From the NCBI RefSeq assembly GCF_006345805.1, contig NC_043005.1:103416001-103480000 (forward strand): a stretch of DNA of 64,000 bases, read 5' to 3'. The stretch comes from Octopus sinensis (taxonomy: Eukaryota). A program made the position numbers and the translations under genes. Each line of letters starts with the position of its first letter. Position 1 is the stretch's first letter. Below, piece by piece: positions 54,234-64,000 of the stretch. The notes below the pieces were generated by a model. The model saw nothing but the letters and a program-made list of their open reading frames with translations, had not been told where the DNA came from and made no database searches.

Positions 54234-54763
54234 ACAATCACCGGTTTTCGATGAAAGGAGTTCCCAATTCAAATATTTATATCCTTTTTCCAGTAACTTT
54301 TCGTCACTGATCTTGAAAAAGTGTATAGAAGCAATAATAAATCTCTGAACGAGGTATAAACAGATGCAGACAAATGAAAGAGATAAATAATAATGTACAT
54401 TCAGTTTACGAACACTTCAACTTTAATTCTATAGTACTCTTCACTTAGCATTATAGTTACCTGGTACTTCTACACTGGTAAGTTATTCTACTAATATTAC
54501 AATTAGGAAAGACTAAATTGAATACGGTTGAATTCCAACTAAGAGTTAAAAAAATAAAACTTAACTGAACTTACGAAAAATATTTTCTCTAATATGCTGC
54601 CGCTTCAATGCTATCATCAGTATTCAAATTTTCGAAAACAAGAAAATGGCTCATATAATACAGGTAAAATTCAATCTCAGAATATTCCCAGCGATTACAT
54701 CTAGTGCTGCGTGTGCGCACACGCGCATCCACGCACTCACACACACAAGTGTATATATATTCG

Positions 54764-55222
<459 letters not shown>

Positions 55223-55328
55223 TTCATTATTATTATCATTATTATTATTATTATATTATTATTATTATTTATATATATATATATATAATATATATATATA
55301 TATATAATATATATATATTATATATATA

Positions 55329-55369
<41 letters not shown>

Positions 55370-56416
55370 TTGATAGATGTGTGTCTGAGTGTGTGCACAA
55401 AATAGGGTTTCTCGACAATTTGAAGTATGTACTATGAAGCACATATGTATCTAATTTAAGCATTTATTACTTGAATATAAATCACTGCTGAGTTCATTTG
55501 TGTTTTTAAACATGATGAGAATTCAGTCGCTCAGTCAACTGTATTTGCCGTCTCGGAATTAGCGTGGAAATGGCTGGGTATTCCGAAGATAGGGTATGCG
55601 CTTAACTTAGGTAACAGGCAGAATCAGAGCGACTCAGGGTGCAACAAATCTGTACCTTTCAAATTTCAACTTCAGTTTATCCAGCGGGACTCTACACGTC
55701 CCCTCTACGCAATTTCCTTGAAAAGGATGTGTAAACACGAGGTTTTAGAAAATGTCAATAGCCTAATAGGCCACCTGGTGGGATTGAACCTTGGGCCGCT
55801 TCGTCTAAGTTCTTAGCCATTTGGCCATACTGCACATACACACACAGATATAAACATATACACATACATACATACACACAAATATATATAGGTATATGTA
55901 AATGTGTAGAGAGAGGACATTCATGTACCTGCATGTGTAAATATACGCATATGTGTTTGTGTGTATGAATGGGATATCAAATGCTAGTTAGATAAATAGA
56001 GACAACTGATTGACCTTATAGTAATGAGATATTCACTTCATATATGATTAGCTCTATTGATTGCAGTAAGTTGGAGATATCATATATGATGTCACAAACA
56101 CACACACATACATAAGCTCCATCATGACAACCATTGACAATGAAATATTATATTTGATGTCAGAACAACTACCGCCATCTCCCTTATCGCCGCTAACCCC
56201 CGCCCTCCCCGTCACCATCACCTTCACCATCACCACTACCATAATCATCACTAGTGCCACCAATATTTTTCACAATGATGTTAGCGGACATATTCAAGTG
56301 AAAATACCATTGAGCAGGCAGTCCAAATTTCGTTCTCTCATTACACACATGCTGTGTATACCTAAGTATACGCATACACACGCAAATAGTCACACACACA
56401 TGCATATGTGTGTTTG

Positions 56417-56509
<93 letters not shown>

Positions 56510-56734
56510 TTATTTATATATAGATTCATCGTAAAGAAAACTATTTGTGACTTTTATATATACATATAGATCTATATACACATATGTCCATACATTTACA
56601 TATCTATATACATATATTTACACATATATACATATATTTAAACACACACATATATGCATATACAACCAAATATACATTTGTATGTATCTATTTTACAATA
56701 TATGTGTAGGTGTGTGTGTAGTATGCAGAAAAAG

Positions 56735-56800
<66 letters not shown>

Positions 56801-56906
56801 TATATATATGCATATATGTACACGCACTCACGTATGTATACAAATATACATATGTATGTGTGTATATACTTATTTATATATATGCATGCAATGTATGTGC
56901 GTGTGA

Positions 56907-56966
<60 letters not shown>

Positions 56967-56977
56967 GGGAGAGAGAG

Positions 56978-57042
<65 letters not shown>

Positions 57043-57454
57043 TACATCATTTGGCACTAATACACACCAATATGCTCACACACACGCAGACACACACACA
57101 CATACGAATTATACACAGTTGAGTTTTGAGTATTTATATGCATCTCACTTTCTGTATCTCCTTGTGAGGGGCGGGCTAAAACACGCGGAGATTAAAGAAA
57201 GTTAATTTAACACTATTCTATCACGATATTTGAAATATATTTTCCCCCCACACTCAGTCACTTTAAATACACAACTGAAATTCCAGTTATTTATCTCTTT
57301 TAGACATCGCATGAATTTGCTCGTAACATTTTATTGATGTTACATACCTCTACTAACAATATCTATTTTAAGTTTGATGCCTAACTAATATAGGAGTGTT
57401 ACTGTATGATTCACTCGCCACACCATTTTGGGGGTGGTTATATTTTTTTAAAAT

Positions 57455-57582
57455 CTTGTATCTTTTATCTTTTACTTGTCTCAGTCATTAGATTGCGGCC
57501 ATGCTGGGGCACCGTTTTGAAGATTCTGTTATATATATAATATATATATTATATATATGTATATATATATGTATATGTATAT

Positions 57583-57615
<33 letters not shown>

Positions 57616-57619
57616 ATAT

Positions 57620-57676
<57 letters not shown>

Positions 57677-58145
57677 ATTACTTTTCATAATTATGAGTAT
57701 AATTATAATTAGGGTTCAGCAAAACAATTAAGTTTACCGTAAATGATCCTTTTAACATGCTGAACACTACTTGGTGGAATTATTAATTACTAATTAATTA
57801 ATTAATTTCACCCTTTATTATAAGTAAGATATATATATATATAATTGTCGAATGAGAATATACCCCAGTATATTTTATTGTGATTTTAAACCTGGTGTCT
57901 TTTGCCGAATCGAGAGCTTACAGGAACGATAACAAACCAACACTGGTTGTCAAGCGCTGGTGGGGGCTAGAGACACACAGACACAAACACGCGCATGTGA
58001 ATATATATATACGATGAACTTCTTTCAGTCGAAATAATCTCACAAGGCTTTGATCGGCCCAAGGCTATAGTGGAAGACACTTGCCCGAAGTGCTCCGTAC
58101 TGGGTTTGAACCCGGAACCAGGTGGCTGAGGAGCAAACTTCTTGC
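57455..58145 (-). mobile_element. Family B SINE interrupted by (TA)n and an AT-rich insert
   Basis: Tail at 57455-57520; body and head at 57890-58145. Confidence 0.7.
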
Positions 58146-58662
58146 CGATTTAATTCTTTTTTTTAATATTTTTGTAGATTGCAAACGTTTGATGCTTCTT
58201 TTATTTATCACCAATTAATATCACACTGGAGCTCCTTCGCTTTATTTTCATTTTTCACCTCGAGGCTAAAATTAATTAATTTTTAATTAAAAACTGAAAT
58301 AAAAGCAAGCCTCACCTTTCGTCCGTAAATGTTTCCAAGACTAGCGAATTATCTCGGAAAACGACGTTGAAGACACATGCTCTTTATTTCTCATTCTTGT
58401 TTCTTATTCTAAAACACTTTAGATCCTTCCTTTCTTTGAGTATTGTTCTTTCATCTGTACCCCGTCGAAAGAGTACTGTTTGTAGATACGTTTATATGTG
58501 CGAGTGTGTGTGTGTTTGTGTGTGTGTAGTCATGTAAACGTGTTTGTGCGTTTGTATATCTATATGTATGTGTACCTGTGTATGTATGAGTGTATGCACA
58601 TAATTTTACATATATCTCTTATTATTGCATTTATTGTCTCTATCTGTAATATTCTGTCTCAT

Positions 58663-58699
<37 letters not shown>

Positions 58700-58846
58700 A
58701 CTATATATTATATATATATATTATATATATATATATATTATACATGCATAATATATATATGTGTATATCTCTCTATCTATATCTCTCTTCTCTCTCTCTC
58801 TCTCTATCTATATATATATATATATATAATATATTATATATATATA

Positions 58847-59122
58847 TATTATATAGAGGGTACTATTATTCATAGGTACCGCACGCTAGGAGGGACCTTT
58901 GCAGTCAAAACTACTAAAGTAAAAAAAAATTTACCGAATGCAAAATTTCAAAGTAAATCATTTAAAAACAGAATTTAGTTACATATCACCTGTGATTTCG
59001 CAATCAATGCAGAATATGCATTCTATGCTCTTCAGTGCATACCTATACTCTTCAGTGCATACCTATACTCTTCAGTGCGGTACCTATGAATAATAGTACC
59101 CTCTATATAATATAAATAAATA
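58847..59122. mobile_element. Fold-back element with perfect 38-bp arms and an internal HHR
   Basis: 58847-58884 is the exact reverse complement of 59075-59112; 20-bp tandem repeat at 59028-59078. Confidence 0.88.
58980..59039 (-). ncRNA. Type-I hammerhead ribozyme with intact core
   Basis: Minus strand TGCA-CTGAAGA-GCA..TGC-GAAA-TCAC ag GTGA-TA^TGTA. Confidence 0.82.
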
Positions 59123-60056
59123 TTTTCAAAGTGGAAAAATTTACAGATTTTTTCTCTTACGAGGTTTTTCACGCTAACTACTGATAATTTCTTATAAAGA
59201 TTTTATTCTTAATTTTAAATATATATATATATGCTTATAGAGAAAGAAGTGTGAGTATGTATTTGTAAACATATATACACGTCTGTGGCTGTGCTTCTCT
59301 GTACGTGAGCGTGCACCGTTTTCCAGCGTGTATGTGGTAATAATCCATTATCTCACCATGTCTTAACAGATCCAAAGTGGCTGGCTGCGTTTATCGAAAA
59401 TTCGCATTGACAATATTGCCTACACTCTATTTCAAAATCAGATTAGGTTTGAAGAATTATTGAAAAGGCAAACAACAACAAAAAAGGAAGACAACAATAG
59501 CAGTACTAGAAGCAAATCGAGCATCTTAGGCCAATATGTAAATAATATGTATATAGCTACATATACATAATCTTGCTTCTTTATTTGATTGCTGTCCTTA
59601 TTCTAATCAACTGCTTCATCATTTTTGTCTACATTTTTCATATTTCCTCTCAGTAAATCAGTAAATTTGTCTTTTTGCTCGCTTTTGTTGTTTTCTTTTT
59701 CTTTCTTCTATTTTTCACTATGGGCACCATCCCACTAGATTGTTTGCTGAGTCGTCTTAAAATTTGTTGTCTATTTACTTTACCTTCTACCTTTAACGAT
59801 TCAAGAGTTTCGAGAAATTACTTCTTTGCTAACATCTTTTCCCGGCGTTATTTCGTGTCAATTTTAATCTTCAAAAACGTTGGATTTTATTACTTCAGAT
59901 TTTCGAGTGTTTTGGGTTATTTTTGTGATTTGTGGTGATGGGGGGTTTATCTATTTCATATTATCTATTTCATTAAATTTAAAGATTTAAGTCTATGTAA
60001 GTACGAATGAATACGTATACGGATATACGACATTACACTCACACGCACACATATGC

Positions 60057-60113
<57 letters not shown>

Positions 60114-60184
60114 AACCAAATAAAAAGATAAAGAAAATCTTTAACAGATCTTTAATGATGTTACAATTGTTTCTGTACAAACTA

Positions 60185-61255
60185 GACTCGCCTTCTATCA
60201 ACATGCGCTATCGCTTGGACGGCGGACTCTTCAATCTCGCACGCCTCCGTGCAATGACGCCGATCTCCGCTGTCTTAGTCCGTGAGATGCAGTATACCGA
60301 CTACAATACCACTCCGAGCCGGACCGCAGATGGCCTACAAAGGGCGGCCGATCTTTACGAACGCTTAGGGATGCAGGTAAACACATTAAAGACCAAGACA
60401 TTGATCCAAGCTGCACTAGGCTAGAACAGTCCACCCACAAACATTAGCATCGACGGCCAATCTCTAGAAGACGTTGAACACTTCGCCTACCTTGGGAATA
60501 TCCTTTCGAAGACCCCCACGTGTGAAAGGGACGTGGAGAACTGGATTGGGGCGGCCCACTCCGCCTTCGGGAGACTCAACCAACATGTATTCTTCAATCA
60601 CGCGCTGACCATTCAGACACAAGAATCATGGTCTTCCGTGCCATTGTCCTGTCAGCTCTACGCTTGTGTTACTTGGACGTTGTACTGCCGTGACTTGAAG
60701 CGCCTTGAATGCTTCCAGCAATCGAAGCTACGACAGATCCTCAGTATATATTGGGAAGATCACGTTACCAACAACGAGGCTCTTCACCGCGCCTCACAAC
60801 CAAGTGTTTCCGCTGGTTGGATCACGTCCAGCGCATAAAAACCTCTCATCTCCCAAGGATCATGCTCTACGGAGAACTTGCAATTGGAACAAGACCCAGA
60901 GGAGGTCCGAAATTCTGTTTTAACGACCAGGTCAAACGGACCTTGGCTCAAGCTAACATCCAGAAATCCTCATGGAAACAGATTGCCATGGATAGGCCAG
61001 CCTGGAGGACTGCTATACGCAATGGAACTATCTCCTTCGAGCAGAACAGACAGCAGAATGAGGAGGAAAAAAGCAGGAGAAGAAAGGAGAGTCTTCAACA
61101 TCCTCGACCTGCACTGACCATCCCGTGCAAGTTCTGCCCACGACTCTTTCACCACCGACTTGGACTCCAAAGTCACTTTCAGCACAAACATCAGCCGAGG
61201 AGACTGGGTGGAAACTGACGAACCCAATGCTCGGATACGGGCTGGAGTCGACCAT
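60185..61255 (+). pseudogene. RTE-clade LINE, RT through 3' end, frameshifted
   Basis: RYRLDGGLFNLARL..REMQYTD (decayed YADD), FAYLGNIL, RWLDHVQRI..LPRIMLYGEL..CKFCPR..GLQSH. Confidence 0.92.
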
Positions 61256-61260
61256 ATATA

Positions 61261-61430
61261 CGAGGAGATGCTGAAAATTTCTTGGTTTTAAGGGTGTAGC
61301 GAAAGTTTGTCCGGATGTCCAGCCTTTCGAGTTCTTTTACAGGGCTTAGAAAAACTGAAGGACCGCTGCAATAAGTGTGTGAATCTGAGAGAGGAATATT
61401 TTGAATAAAATTATAGTTAACTGATCCTTT
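61261..61430 (+). mobile_element. Mariner-derived non-autonomous element, truncated
   Basis: TA|CGAGGAGATGCTGAAAA TIR-like start; encodes GLEKLKDRCNKCVNLREEYFE*, a mariner C-terminus. Confidence 0.75.
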
Positions 61431-62480
61431 TGTTCAAATCTCCCTTTGAACTTCTCTACATTATGATCTGAAATGTAAGATCTTTTCTGTCCTGATGACA
61501 GAGGCTTGATTTATCCAATGTTCATTGCTTCCATTACAACCGCATATTGTGATGAAATATATCTACCAACGTTATGATGGATCTCCGAGGCTCCAGAAAC
61601 GGCTGTTTGACTTTTTTCCTCCTTTTAATTTTCTCTGTCATTTGTGCTCTGCCTATGTTGGATCTATTAATATAAATATCTATATATTCATATTTAAATA
61701 TACATCTTCTGAAAGTTTCCACCTTTTTCCTTTCTCTCGTTTCGCATCTACACATATATATATTTTTTGAATTTCACGCCCAAACTGTTATATTTGAGAT
61801 ATCTAATTTGTTTATTCGCACAATTGCCTCTATAAATATATGTGTGACTGTGTATATATTTGTGTGTGTGAGTGTGTGTGTAGAGAGAGAGAGTGTCTGT
61901 AGAGAGAGACAGGGACAGACAGGGAACCTTATAAATGATTGTGTAAACTAAATATATAATAAAATCAAAAGCTGAGCGAGACAAATAGTAAAGCAAAAGC
62001 GAAATTATCAGAAAAAAAAAGAAAATTGTGAAACATAGCGTCAGACATAAGAGTGATAGGCGAAAAGAATGTAAGGAAATGAAGCGAAAACAAATGCTCA
62101 CTTTCAACTATGTATGTGTGCGCATGAGTGTGCTAGTTTCGTTACGTGTGCGCGTATTTGGTGGTTGTTAATTAGGTGAAACAGTTATAGTGCACAGTTA
62201 TCAATTAGATACTTCTCACAATATCGACGCTTCCCGAAAACCTTTGACCTAGTATTGACGATAATATTCATGTAAACTTTTTTTTTTATTTAAGAATCAT
62301 TTCTCCACAGTGCACATATCACATCTTTTATTTCCATTTTGGTAAAGATTTGATTTTTCAATAATTTTCAATTTGATGTTGTAATGAGAAGCTCGCTTTG
62401 ACATCATTTCCAGGAAGCAGGCGACTGACAATCTCTCTCTCTCTCAGGAGGACAACCTGATCGTCTTGTGACAATGATAA

Positions 62481-62627
62481 ATATAGATGTTTTCGATCTA
62501 GTTTGGATTCTTTGCCATCAAATTTGAATTCTTTGCAATCAAATTTGATTGCAAAGTCTTCAAATTTGATGGCAGAGAATTCAAATTTAATGGCAAAAAA
62601 TCCAAACTAGATCGGAAACATCTATAT
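62481..62627. repeat. Palindromic fold-back built from 21-bp subrepeats
   Basis: TATAGATGTTTTCGATCTAGTTTGGATT at left, AATCCAAACTAGATCGGAAACATCTATA at right; internal unit ATTCTTTGC(C/A)ATCAAATTTGA. Confidence 0.9.
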
Positions 62628-63314
62628 ATGGAAGCTCGAGAGGTGTATCAAAGTGTGGGGAAATGCTCCCCACACGCACAAAAAAAGAAAACATGCAAGT
62701 GGATCCCCCTACTCTATACGAAGCAACAAATGAAGATGAAGATGTTGATGTTCCTACTGGTAGAAACCACATCCGTAATCTATCATAATAAAAAAGCTAT
62801 CCTTCCTTAGAAGAGTCGGATGTTTCTTTTGGATGCACAAGTTTCAAATAGGAGCTGAAAGTAGTTGGGTTTGTGGTCTGTGGGTTGTCTCGCTCCAATT
62901 AATGGTATAAACAGGCCTATCAGCATTTTCTCTTGCCATGGTAAGCACGTAATATATCTATAATTACTGGCTTCCTTAAAAATATGTCCGAACCAAGTGA
63001 ACATATCGTTTATAAGGACATTAAAATACTTAAGACAGTGTATAACATTCATGTCTTTCAAAAACACAGAACCGAAACAGGGTTCCGTTTGATGGACGTC
63101 ACGAGCCAAAATCATGGTAATGATAGTAGCAATGTACTTCATAAACACTACTTTTCCTTGAGATTCCTTGATCATAAGTACAATTAGGTTGTGCTATTCA
63201 TCCATAGTTTTCAAAGTAAATTAAATACGTAAAATATCAATCGATTATAAATGAGAACTGAACATAAATAATCTCATTTAAGCGTCGAGACTGAGATTGT
63301 TGAAATATTTCGTT

Positions 63315-64000
63315 TTAATTTTGGCATAAGACTAGCTGTTGTAAGGGGAGAGGGAGTGGATTACATCAATTTCAGTACTTGATTGGTACTTTATGTTGCC
63401 GATTCCAAACAGATGAAAGTCAAAGTTGATAACGGAGAAAAATGAACTCAGAACATAACGGCAGACGAAATACCTATTTCTTTACTACCCACAAGGAGCT
63501 AAACACAGAAAGGACAAACAAGGAACAGACAAACGGATTAAGTCGATTATATCGACCCCAGTGCGTAACTGGTACTTAATTATCGACCCCGAAAGGATGA
63601 AAGGCAAAGTCGACTCGGTGGAATGGAATTTGAACTTAGAACGTAAGGGCAGACGAAATCCTATTTCTTTACTACCCACAAGGAGCTAAACACAAGAAAG
63701 GACAAACAAGGACAGACAACGGATTAAGTCGATTATATCGACCCCAGTGCGTAACTGGTACTTAATTTATCGACCCCGAAAGGATGAAAGGCAAAGTCGA
63801 CCTCGGTGGAATTTGACTTAGAACGTAAGGGCAGACGAAATACCTATTTCTTTACTACCCACAAGGAGCTAAACACAGAAAGGACACAAACAGACAGACA
63901 AACGGATTAAGTCGATTATATCGACCCCAGTGCGTAACTGGTACTTATTTATCGACCCCGAAAGGATGAAAGGCAAAGTCGACCTCGGTGGATGGATTTG
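63315..64000 (-). mobile_element. Family A SINE tandem multimer, at least 3 units of about 185 bp, running off the window
   Basis: Repeated GACGAAATACCTATTTCTTTACTACCCACAAGG..AAAGGCAAAGTCGAC. Confidence 0.9.

Noticed and set aside
62807-63175. 122-aa ORF on the minus strand
   Set aside because: No recognisable motif or exon boundaries
63440-64000. CRISPR-like periodicity
   Set aside because: Whole units repeat with no unique spacers; SINE-derived and eukaryotic context

Overview
AT-rich eukaryotic non-coding DNA, either intronic or intergenic. It is saturated with (TA)n, (CA)n, (AAT)n, (GA)n and (TACA)n microsatellites and decayed transposable elements. The repeat repertoire resembles that of Octopus/coleoid cephalopods; this is an inference from recalled SINE families, not a database match. 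I could not support any intact host protein-coding gene, and almost all supplied ORFs are microsatellite read-throughs. Recognisable elements: several tRNA-derived SINE families (some with clean TSDs, some as head-to-tail multimers), two mariner transposase pseudogenes and mariner MITEs, two hAT MITEs, two Helitron-like elements, RTE, L1/Tx1 and R4/Dong-like LINE remnants, a Penelope-type GIY-YIG remnant and a truncated U6 snRNA pseudogene. The most striking hidden signal is six type-I hammerhead ribozyme (HHR) motifs from different small elements, plus a decayed paralog of one. Two have intact catalytic cores (minus strand, about 54.2 kb and 59.0 kb). Most sit next to (TA)n tracts, and one family carries the ribozyme in the loop of a long fold-back. 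This fits non-autonomous Penelope-LTR or retrozyme-like elements.
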